A stretch of DNA of 64,000 bases from Nageia nagi (Eukaryota; Plantae; Pinophyta), in contig JBITNC010000001.1 in NCBI GenBank assembly GCA_050084985.1, positions 196,974,001-197,038,000 of the forward strand. The letters are read 5' to 3'. The stretch's first letter is position 1. Each line of letters opens with the position of its first letter. The notes under the pieces are model-generated. The model was not told the DNA's origin. It made no database searches and worked only from the letters and a program-made list of their open reading frames with translations. This document shows positions 53,101 through 64,000 of this stretch, in pieces. A program made the position numbers and the translations under genes.

Positions 53101-54247
53101 CTGTATAGTGTTGATTTTGTTATGCACCTTCATGGTAAGTTTACTCTGCATGAGAAACTTGTACAAATATTTTAGAGTAAAAATATTGGCCAATTTAGCA
53201 TTATTCAGTTATCCATGTGTGATGAACTTTTATGTGTCTTTTGGCACTGTTTATTTATCCATATGTGAGGAACTCGTATGTGCATGCTCTATTTTGTAAT
53301 GATAATCAATACATTTTTTATATACAATAGGTGATTACGAGTTTTAGCTTGGCATCTTCGTGATGAATTATAATGCACCATTGATCAGTTCATGATGGCA
53401 TTTGAGTGATTCATCTATCCTAGTTGGTATGAATATATTGCATCTAACTGATCTTATTATTTGAACTGTTTATGACTTGCAAGTTCCTTTGAAATTGTAG
53501 GTTACTTACTTTGGGTATGTAGACTCTTGAAAACTCTTCATGACTTCCAGTTGGATGACTACTTTATGTATATTAAAATCAGTTATGGTTAATGATTGTA
53601 TTTAGTAAAGTATTGAGTCTCAAACTAGATCTTTCTTACTTCAAAAATATGTAAAAAGTTCTCATTTTCGATTGTATCTATTTGAAGGAGAACTCTTTTA
53701 CTTTTTTTTCTTCTCTTTTATTCACTCTATCCCAATATTGCATTAAAGGGGAGTGTTAGAATGTATAATGCATTATTGTAAAATTTTTATAATAATCTTC
53801 TATGTTCACTAATACCTAAAGGTATCATTTGATACCTTAAGTATTTAAGTGAATATGATAATGTAACTTGTCCTACACTCCATGTCATGAGCATGCCCCT
53901 TGGGTAAAAGGATGTGCATGTCATGCTTTTGTACATTAGATAAAAGGATGATCCAAAAAAAAAATTTGGTCTATAAATAGAAAGTTCCCTCTTTGTGATT
54001 ACATACCAATTTGTAGAGTAAAGTTATGCTATAGGATAGTGTTTAGAAGAAAAATTTAGGAGGATTGTAGAAGTTCATATTGGTGAATGAAGTGAGATCT
54101 AGTTAGTGGATGTACTCCAAGTTGGAGGAACCACTTACATGTTGTGTTATATTGTGAGATTGCTTTATGAGTTATTTAGATGTGTTTGTGAGCTTTCAAG
54201 AGATCTTGGTTGTTTAGAGTTGTTCATGTTATATTTCAATTCTCTCA
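45914..54247 (+). mobile_element. Full-length degenerate Ty1/Copia element: 5' LTR 45914-46409, PBS 46412-46423, gag-pol ~49085-53030, PPT 53745-53753, 3' LTR 53754-54247
   Basis: Paired ~495-bp LTRs, TSD gtttt/gtttc, Copia domain order gag-PR-INT-RT-RH (CNYCGIQGH, WIVDS, MMGPFQ, KQAPRAWY, YVDDLLI, SDYGGDRDDRK); many stop codons. Confidence 0.96.
47082..47136. repeat. (AT)~27 microsatellite within the Copia leader
   Basis: Read directly from sequence. Confidence 0.95.
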
Positions 54248-55992
54248 GTTTCCATGCTAATTTAGCTTGTAATGCTTTACTCAAGGTTTACATTTTCCTC
54301 AAACCTAAGCCCCTTACCTCCATGTTCTTATAAAATTTATCCAATGCTACTAGAGACCATTTGGGTTTTTCTTTTATTCCAAACCATAAAAATTTCCTAC
54401 AAGTATTATTAATAGTCTTAGCTACATTTATTGGAATTTTGAAGACCATAAAGCTATATATTGGTATCCTTTGTAAGGTTGTCTTAATTAGTTGTAGTTT
54501 ATTTGCATGACTAAGTAGAACTTATTTCCAACATGCAATTTTCTTTTTATTCTATGATTGATTCCCTCCCAAAACTTTCCTTTACCTTTCCTATAAATAG
54601 AGGCATTCAAAGATAAACTAAGGGAAGTGAACTTATCTCACATTAGCAATTTTCTCTTATCCTCTTCTAGGATTATTTAGGATTTATTTTATTTTTTATT
54701 TTTTGGGAAGTTGAATTTTTAGTGTGAGGCCCTTTCATATAGTTGTTAACACCTCCATAAATTGTTGAGCTTCTATAAGAGATGCCTTATCTATTCGTAT
54801 GGCATCATCAACAAATTAATGATGAGTTATGGCTTCTTAATTATTGATAGGTATCGTCCCTTTGATTTACCTCATTTTCCTTTTCATTGTTACTATTCTC
54901 CCTAGGGCTTCTACCATCATAATAAACAGAAAGAGGGAGATATTATCTTCTTGTCTAAGTCCCCTCTTGAAACCAATCACTTCACCATTAAGTAGGAGTG
55001 AGAAGGATGGCAAGGTGAAACAAGTTTAGATCCATTGGTCTCCATTTCTGTCCAAATCCCATTTGTTTAAGAATCAAGTCCAAAAAATTTCAATTGACTT
55101 GATCATAAGCTTTTTGCATATCTAGCTTTAGAAGCATAACCGTTTCTCCTCTTGTTTTAAGTGAGTGTAATGTCTCATGCATTATTATTATACCATCCAT
55201 TATCTATCTACTAGGAACAAAACCATCTTGCTCTTTATATATGAGTAGGGGTAGATAGACTTGTAATATTTTTGCCAATATTTTTGTTATTATTTTGTAG
55301 ATGATGTTACACAAGTTGATAGGTCTTACTTGCTTGAGTTCATTTGCACTTGGAATTTTAGGGATTAAAGTGAGAAAGTTAGTATTGCATGGCTTAAAGA
55401 GCTTATTTTTCCTAAAAAAAATTAGATATTATAACACAAATATCCTTCCCAACAATGTCCCAATAAAATTGAAAAAAACCTATTGGAAATTTGTCATGAC
55501 ATGGAGCTTTATCTCTATCCGTTCCAAATAAAGTTTTATGTATTTCCTTAGGGTATACTAGTCTCTCCAAGTTATTATTAATATCTTTATTCAAAACTTT
55601 AGGCATATTTTGGAGAATTTCTAGCATTGCACTAGAGTCCTCCTCTTAATCATTGGTTAACAAGTTTTGATTAACTAAACCCCTTCACCCTTAATCTCAT
55701 TTAGGTCTTCAATGATCAAACTATTACCCAATTTGATTTGTGAAATTATGTTGTAGCTTCTCTTGTTAAGAGAAATAATCTTGAAAAACTTAGTATTTTG
55801 ATCCCCTTCTCTAAGCCATGTTATTCTAGATTTTTTATGCCAATGGATCTCTTCCTAAGCTACAGTGTTGTAGTATTTAGTTAGTATTTCTTTCTCCCCC
55901 TTATCTAGATGAATTATTTTTTTCTATAAATTAATTTCTTCTTCAATTGTTTGTATTTTTTTAGCTCCATTTTTTATATTTCCACATCCTTG

Positions 55993-58900
55993 TGTTGACA
56001 TCTAAATTTGGTCCACCTAAGGTGTTCCCTGATTAGGCGTTATATTATGCTAATATTATGTCATTTCATTACATTAATATCATATTATATCATATATGCT
56101 ATGTTGTCCCACTTAAGACACCTCTCATGTAATGTTTCCTTTATTTGTGCAAGGTAACCCAACGTCGAAACTAACTTCTATGTGGAGGTACTCTTTCATA
56201 TTTAAAGGTAAGTATGATTACATAAAAAAGTATAAAGATTTCATATCGATAGTTAGAACCTACTTTTAGGTGTTTCTCAATGCTACCTATTGAGATTAGG
56301 ATCTCGTTATCACTTGAGCATATTTGTCACTCCATATTTCATAATTATATGTTTGAATATGTTGTGCATTGACTCTTGGTGGTGAACTCTATTGTCAAGA
56401 ACCCTAGCGTTCATGCTCCCATATGTATCTACACTGCTATTTCTAGACTTACAATCCACGCTAGCATGTGCACCTACATTGCCCTTCTTTTTGTTGTTGT
56501 TTGTGCATTTCACACATTAAGGTCATCTCTCTTCAACAAACTTAGTTTGCATATAATCAACTTCTCCTAGGTAAGGATTTATAGGTATGTAGATATCTCT
56601 TGACCTCTTTCTCATTAGTGCATTGATGTTATCTTGATCCAATAGTCTAAGTATTGTTTTATTCATTTCCATTTTGTTATATTTTAGATTATTGTTTTTA
56701 TGATTGAATGTGAATGTTTAGCATAATTTCTATCTAGTTTAATATTATGGTACCCACCTTTTACAACATATCAATATATTAATTAAGTTGGAAAGTGTTG
56801 CTTGAACCTACTATGAATTTTTATTGAAAAAAAGAAAGAAAAGAAATTAGGTTTTTCATTTTTAGGGTATTATATTTTATGTGGAATTTTTCATAAGAAG
56901 CCCTAGGTTTTGTTTGGTTTTTGTTTGTCTTAATTTTCTACAAAATTAGAAAACCCTATTGCTTTTAATTTGTTAAAATTGGAAGGTGTTTTTATTTTGT
57001 ACAATTTCGTTTTTGGTCAAAACCTCCAATTTTGAACCTATTTTTTGAAACTTTTATACATGTTTATGCCTTAGAAATTTGCCCAAACCCTATATGTTCA
57101 TAGAAGACAAATTTTTAGAAGTTGTGATGGGGTTGATTTGCATGAATTTTCATAGAATTATGAGTTGAAGAATGTTTTTGGTGGAATTTTGTTTTTGCAT
57201 AAAACAGATTTTGAACCTAATTTTCAAAGATTTGGTGGTTGTTTGTGCCCTAGAATTTTGTCTAAACCTTACATATTCATGATAGAAAAGTTTTAAAAGG
57301 TGAAATTGAGATTAATGCATGCATTTTTCTGATATTTTTGGTTGAAAATATTTTTGTAAAAAAAATATAAATTTTCAAGCTTATTCTAGTCGGTTTGGTG
57401 TGTGTTTCCATTAGAAAACTTATCTCTCACTCATTCACACACACACACAAAAACATGTGTGTGTGTGTGTGTATTTCATATTGGGATATTTTAATGATTT
57501 TTTAAGGTCATATTTTGCATATTTAGCATATTTTTGGGTCATTTTTTGTCAACAAAAAATCCTCAAGTTTTTGGAGGTATTTGATATTTATTTCTTTAAG
57601 TGTGACAGACATGGCAACATTATTAGAGCAATATTATGCTAGTGCCAACATTGGGGGTAGCGCCTGCACTAACATCAATGCCAACATTGGGAATACATCT
57701 TTAAATACTACAACAAAATAAATTAAGCAGTTGGAAATGAGAGTAAATTTGTTTTAGAGTCAGTTTGGGATAGGTGTTGACTGTACATAATACAAAGGCA
57801 ATCCCTTGAGAATGGAGATTTGTAATGCTATCCTCATTAAAAAAAAATAAGGAACTTGAATTATAGAAATTTAATGGTGATGGAGATCCAATCAGTCATT
57901 TAGAAGGATATGAGTACACCATGGATATGAAATGTGGACTCAATGATCTGGTAAAGGCTAAATATTTTCCTATGATTTTAATTGATGATGCAAGAAAGTG
58001 GTTTCATAATTTGGCACCTACTTCAATTACCTCTTTTTAGCAGCTAAAATATGAATTCAAAAATCACTTCTGATGTAATATTCAGAAGCCTCTTGATTTG
58101 ACAGATTTGATTCATTGTAAGCAAGGTTAATTCGAAAGGTTGAAAAAGTTTGTGAAAGGGTATGTGAAGATTTGGAGATCAATGGAACAAATATGGATGA
58201 TAAATTCATAGAAAAGGTATTTCTTGAAAACAATAATCATATTATTGTTAAAATTTGTATTAATTATGTTAAAGGTCCATTTATAGATATGATTTGCATG
58301 CTTAATGAGAAAGAAAAGTTTTTGTTAAGATCTGGTAAGCTTAAGTATATCTTTTAGCAAGGATAATCATAAAAATTCATATTAAAGTAATGAGAATAAT
58401 CAAGTAAATATGGTTGAACCAAGTACATATGAAGAAGAAAAGGAACATTTTTACAAGCTCCCTATAGGTCCCACATAAATGTTCAAGGATTATTCAGTAA
58501 AGGGATTGATAGGACCTAAAAAGGGAAGAGAATATGGTGAAGATGAAAAGAAGCTCCATTGGTATAAAGAAAATAATAATTATTTGTATCATCAAGTCAA
58601 AGGCCATTCCATTAATTGGCGTGTTGAAATGAAGAAGTAGTTGCATCAAGTTTTAGAAAATGGAAAAAAGTTAATTATATTACCAATGAAGAATCTAATA
58701 CAAAAACTATAGAGGATTCTAATGATGAAGGATACAATAATACTATCAAAATGGCTTCTCTTGTTGAAGATTATGTGCAAACATAATGAGGTAAGAAGGG
58801 AGGTAAGACTACACTCTTTTGTGATCATGATTCCTTTTCTAATAAACTTATCTTATATGATTTATGTATGAAATTTGATTATCATAGATAAGATATCCAT

Positions 58901-60950
58901 ATTATTTTCATGAATTGGTTTATTGATGCTAATATTAATACAATTGCTCTTAGAGATATTTTTGAATCTTTTAAACATGTTATCTCAATACAATCAGAAG
59001 ATGATGCATCCCTTACTCAAGATACTAAAAGTGAAGATGAAGATGATACAAAAGAGGAAATTGAAGACATCCACAAAATAGTAAACATGGTTATTTATGA
59101 TGATGAAGATGATGAACAATAAGAAGAAGTACAAGAAGAAAAACTTGAATAGGAAAGCATGAAGATATATCAAGATTCAAATAAAGATACCTCTTTTGTT
59201 AATTAGAACCTAGAAGCAAGCTTGGATACTGAGCGCTCATGCTTGGGGAAGCATCCACACTATCATCACAAATCAAGGAAAAGGACAAGTTTTCTAAGAA
59301 GAACCACTTGCATATGTCTAAATAAGGTCAAGCCAAAGAATCCTACTTGTTTACACCATTATGCTAAAGATTTAATAAATGAATCTTCATTCAAAGGGAA
59401 TAAACATCAAAGTTGCACTTCATAAGGACACTCTCCAGGTAATGTTTCTCATCTTTTTCATATAAGATATACTTGCATTCTCATATTTATTAGTTAAGAA
59501 TTTTCATATAGACTATATTCCATCATGCATTGCATACAACCCCTTTGTTGGTTCGGGGCATAATTAACCAACACTTGTTCCCTTTGTATGTATGCATTTA
59601 AGAATGAAACATTGAGTATTTATATAACAATATATATCTAAGAATAGGATATTTGATGTTATATTAATTTCATCCTTGCTCCATTGTTGCTATATCATTT
59701 ATGATGATATGTTATACATTTATGATGATTTTCTCTAATTATCATTGTTATATCTCTTATGAGTTAACCATCACTTTATGATCATATTATGAAAATTGTT
59801 ATGATCTCTTCATTATGATATACTCTTTTATAATAATTAGATCATTATGAATTACTATTATGACATGATTTTGCATGATATTATGATTTAACATATTCTT
59901 TAAGGCATATATGTTTTGGAATATGTTGTTCTTTGACTCTATTTTTTCAAGTTATTCTTTGCTCTTAGTTGATTCTACTTCATGCAAGTCATTCCATCTC
60001 ACAACCAAGGTAAAGAGGGGGAAATATATACAATCAATACTTGATGATTGGATGGTTTCACTACAAAAATAGAGAAGTATCAAATTTTTTCTTCTCTTTC
60101 TCTTTCTACTTCCTTTGCAAACACAATTACATTTCAAGAATTATTTCATTTTAGTATATTTGCAAAGGAGGGCATTTGTTGACACCTAAATTTGGTCTAA
60201 CTAAGGTGATCCCCTATTAGGTGTTATATTATGTCATTTTATTATATTAATATTGTATTATATTGTATATGTTATGTTGGCCTACTTAAGACACCTCTCA
60301 TGTAATATTTTCTTTATTTGTGCAAGGTACCCCAATGTTGGTGCAACTTCTATGTGGAGGTACTCTTTCATATTTAAAGGTAAGTATGATTATGTGGGAA
60401 AGAATCAAGATTTCATCTTTATGGTTAGTACCTACGTTTAGGTGTTTCTCAACACTGCTTATTAAGATTGGGATCTTGTTATCTCTCGAGCATATCTTTC
60501 ACTCGATCTTTCATAATTATATTTTTGGCTCAACTTGTTGCCATATTGTTGTGCATCGATTCTTGATGGTGAAATATACTCATCAGTAACCCTAGCATCT
60601 GCTCTCTTATGCGTGCCTACATTGTTGTTATTAGACTTAGCACCTTGGATAGCATGCATGTTCATTTTGCCCTTCTTTCTATTGTTGTTCATGGGATTCA
60701 CACATCAAGGTAATATCTCTTTGTCAAGCTTAGTATACATAAAATCAACTTCTCCCTGGTAAGGATTTACATGTATTTAACTATCCCTTTATCTTTACTG
60801 CATTGATGTTATGTTTAGCCAATAGTCTAAGTATTACTTTATTTGTTTCCATTATGTTATACTTTAGATTATTATTCTTATGATTGAATGTGAATATTTA
60901 GCATAGTTTCTACCTAATTTAATATTAGGGATCACTAAAAATATTCAACA
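55993..60950 (+). mobile_element. Non-autonomous gag-only Ty3/Gypsy-type LTR element: LTRs 55993-56768 and 60177-60950
   Basis: Paired ~775-bp LTRs (TGTTGACA...CAACA), TSD ccttg/cctta, PPT aaaggagggca; degenerate gag FNGDGDPISHL...ARKWFHNLAPTSITSF (57865-58070) and YHQVKGH knuckle-like motif; no pol motifs seen. Confidence 0.85.
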
Positions 60951-61839
60951 CCTTAAAAATCATTTTATTCCATTATTTTAATATTTCTTTAACATATTGT
61001 AGTTTTTTCACCACCATGAACAATTATGCCCTACATCTTTGTGTCCCAACAACTTTTGATATTTTTCTTAATTCTTTGTGATACATCATGTATTCAAAAT
61101 GGTAAGGAAAGCTTTTTTTAACCTTAAAGTAGTGGGTTGTAGTCGCAACCAATTGTTGGTAGTGTTATTAAAAATGATTCTTGCTACTAATGAAACTGTT
61201 CAGTTGAAGCTAGTGCTCTATCCAACCTTCTATGGATTTAGTTCAATATCAATTCTTATACTAGACCATGTAAAGTTATTTCCTTTTAAATTGAGACCAA
61301 TAATTTTTGCAAAATATTTGAAATATATGAGATTTTGCATACTCTTAAGGCACTATTCATTCTCTTCAATGTTGAGTGTATTATTAAAGTCACCCATTAA
61401 CAACAATTGATTATTTATAAAAAAAGGTTTTGATGGTTTAATAAATCTTCCCAAAATTTACTCCTTTCATATTGGGGACATATATGTTTGACAAAACAAA
61501 TTTAAACCCATCTTTTAAATAGAGAATATTATCATATTTAGTGGAATATATTCTAAACCAAAATGACATAATGGAGAATAATACAAATAGCTCATCAGAT
61601 TCAAAAATGAATAACATGAACTACAAGGATGAAAAGAAGGGTATTGGCAGATTACAACAAGGAACAAGAGAGGTAATAAGGCCAACAAAAAAAAGGATTA
61701 ATTCATTATGAAATAGACTAGGATTTCAAGGAGATCAATAGATGTACGTAGGAACATTGTAGGAAAATCATCTCATAAGGTGGTGAGGGCAAGAGAAACT
61801 AAGGAAATTACAAATGGTAGTCAAAGCACTCTAGATAAG

Positions 61840-64000
61840 AGTGGGGGTGTTAAAATCACCCCAAAACAAATTTAATGCAGATCATGTTTTGGAATATTCG
61901 AGGTTTCAATAAACTCATAAAATAAATTATTTCAAAGTAATTGTATAAGAACCATAAACTTAATTTACTCTTATTACAAGAAACCAAGATAAAACAACAC
62001 AAAATAAAAGAGGTTAAAAGAAGAATATGGAAGTAAGCTAGAATGAAATTTATGTATGCAATAGGGAAAGTAGGAGGTTTGTGGATCTTATGGAAACCTA
62101 ATTTCAAAGGGTTCCTTTCTTATCCGAGCAAAGGATTTTTCTAAGATCCTTTAGGATTCCTCATGGGATCCTTTGCTTGAGGTTCTTATCAAATAAAAAT
62201 GGTATAATGTTCCCATTTTTATTTTTAAAAAAATAAAGGGTAATGAATCTTGTACTCATGCTATTCTAATATTCATTGTTGACTTTAAAATCTAGTACCA
62301 ACTAATCAAGCATAACCACCTAAAGCCCCAACTCTTGTCCCTTGTAGAATCGTTCTCTTGCAAACCCATTCCTCACACACATGTTTATTATAGGTTTTTC
62401 TAATATCTTTTAATTACAATTGAGTCTAATCTTTTTTGGTATTTAGGTTAAAAATATGATAAATATTTTTATCCTATAGTATTTTAAGTATTATACATAT
62501 ACATATTTCACTATCCAATTCATGTGAATTAGTTCTTAAGTTTACTATCAATATTATTTTTTGAGATTGATAATCTTACATGGGTGGGATGGATGTTTTA
62601 GTTTTGTGTTGATGATGCTTTTATAATAAGTTAGTTTTCCTTTTTTATTTATTTATTTGTAATTTTAATTTTCCAAAGCCACTAGGATGAATTCCTCTTA
62701 TTATAATAGCAAGAGCTTTTTCCCAACATCAAATGCTGATGGAACCCCTTATTTAATATATATAGGCTTGCCTTAGTCAAAATTATTGTATTTTGATACT
62801 CTTTTTTATTTACTTTACTATTACATATTGGAGTTTCATTAGGCACTCCCTTTATCTTATTATATGTATTTTTCTACAATCCCATTAACCATTTTTTTTC
62901 ACTTATGAATATTAATATAAAATTTTAAATTTATTATCTAAATGGGTTATGTTAATGTGCATGCTTAAAAAATCAAGAATTCTTCTCTAGGAACCTTCTC
63001 TTGAACTAATGGGTCACCTCCTCTCTTAAGGCTTTGGTAAGTGACAAGAACCTTAGTATCCTTGTGGCCTTTTCCTTTTCAATATTTTCTTGTTGAGTAG
63101 GATATCACATGGTAGTTTGATGCTGAACTTATTTTCCAATGTTTACACCATTAGTTATCATAACATCACTCGCTACCATTTTGAGGGCATTTTCAAAACT
63201 TGATGGTGATTAAGATTATGATTTCCCCAAAATGGGATATTGCATTTTTCTCTGAGTGGAAGAAACCTCTTAGATGATCTTATCTCCACATTGAAATTTC
63301 TAGCATTAGGATCTACAAAGATCATGAAATTAACCTTATATTTTGGTAACTCCAAATTGCAGTTGGTGGCTACTCCTCCACTGGTAATCAATTGGGCTTG
63401 ATTACAATAGATGAAGCAACTTGATTGCATATGTGGATTGTTGCACATTGAGCACCAATCTAATTGGGGTAAAATTGTTGTAGGATATGGTGAAATGTGC
63501 ACATGATCTCCTTGCTTTTACAGGATCTGTTGATTTGGCATTCCTTCCAAAGATGGGTAAGTATACCTTCTTAGCTATTGTCCATCATACCTCTAATGTT
63601 ATTCATTATATCTTTGATATGATCTTTTCTCATGAACATGTGAGTTAGACAACACTCATACTAATGCTTTCATATTGTTGATATTCATTTTCATTTAACC
63701 CTTTGGTTGCATATGATCTTCTTATTGTGGTATCAGGAGAGCTAAGTTCATAGGTGGAGTGACTAACGCCAATCATATAGGGGTGGTGTGGGTAAGGTAG
63801 GTGGTACATAGGATGTTAGGGGTTTTAACTAAGAATTAATGGGCATTAGAGGGATTTGGTTTAAAGGAGGAACCATTTTTGATGGGTATTTCCCTAGCGT
63901 AAAGCTTTGACTAAGGTGTGAGATGACAAGCATGACCATTCGGGAAAGTTGTTTTCCTATAGAAGCAAGAAGTTTTCCTATATATACAAGTACTATTTTA
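61840..64000. mobile_element. Degenerate LTR-retrotransposon fragments
   Basis: Purine tract followed by TGTT at 61848; Cys/His motif WCSMCNNPHMQSSC on the minus strand (63173-63502). Confidence 0.35.

Larger units (their letters stand above)
44350..61600 (-). mobile_element. Degenerate L1-type LINE ORF2 interrupted by three LTR insertions (pieces ~44350-45063, 45553-45913, 54248-55992, 60951-61600)
   Basis: RT-region motifs DKAPCHDKFPIGFFQFYWDIVG (55412-55627) and LGLRK...AKLAWK (54248-54315) continue as ...CKAKYL left of 45914; WNK...GNI joins across 55993-60950. Confidence 0.8.

Overview
AT-rich eukaryotic nuclear DNA from a land plant. The long TE-filled introns and heavily deaminated repeats suggest a large-genome seed plant such as a gymnosperm (inference). 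There is one host gene, a 10-exon choline transporter-like gene (CTL1/CHER1, SLC44 family, + strand, 11338-37823, about 699 aa). It has two giant introns (13.5 kb and 8.8 kb) and an apparent +1 frameshift in exon 1. Most of the rest is layered transposon sequence: several Ty1/Copia elements (one full-length with LTRs, PBS, PPT and TSD; one 3'-truncated intronic relative; two solo LTRs), a CACTA remnant, L1-type LINEs, Ty3/Gypsy remnants, a gag-only LTR element and a candidate tRNA-derived SINE. The most unusual signals are (i) five tandem tRNA-iMet PBS-like units with variable spacers, most preceded by an LTR-end-like motif, in one Copia leader, (ii) a Copia family whose ~2.6-2.8 kb leader looks like an intron with a conserved internal block, and (iii) a palindrome shared by the U3 regions of divergent LTRs.
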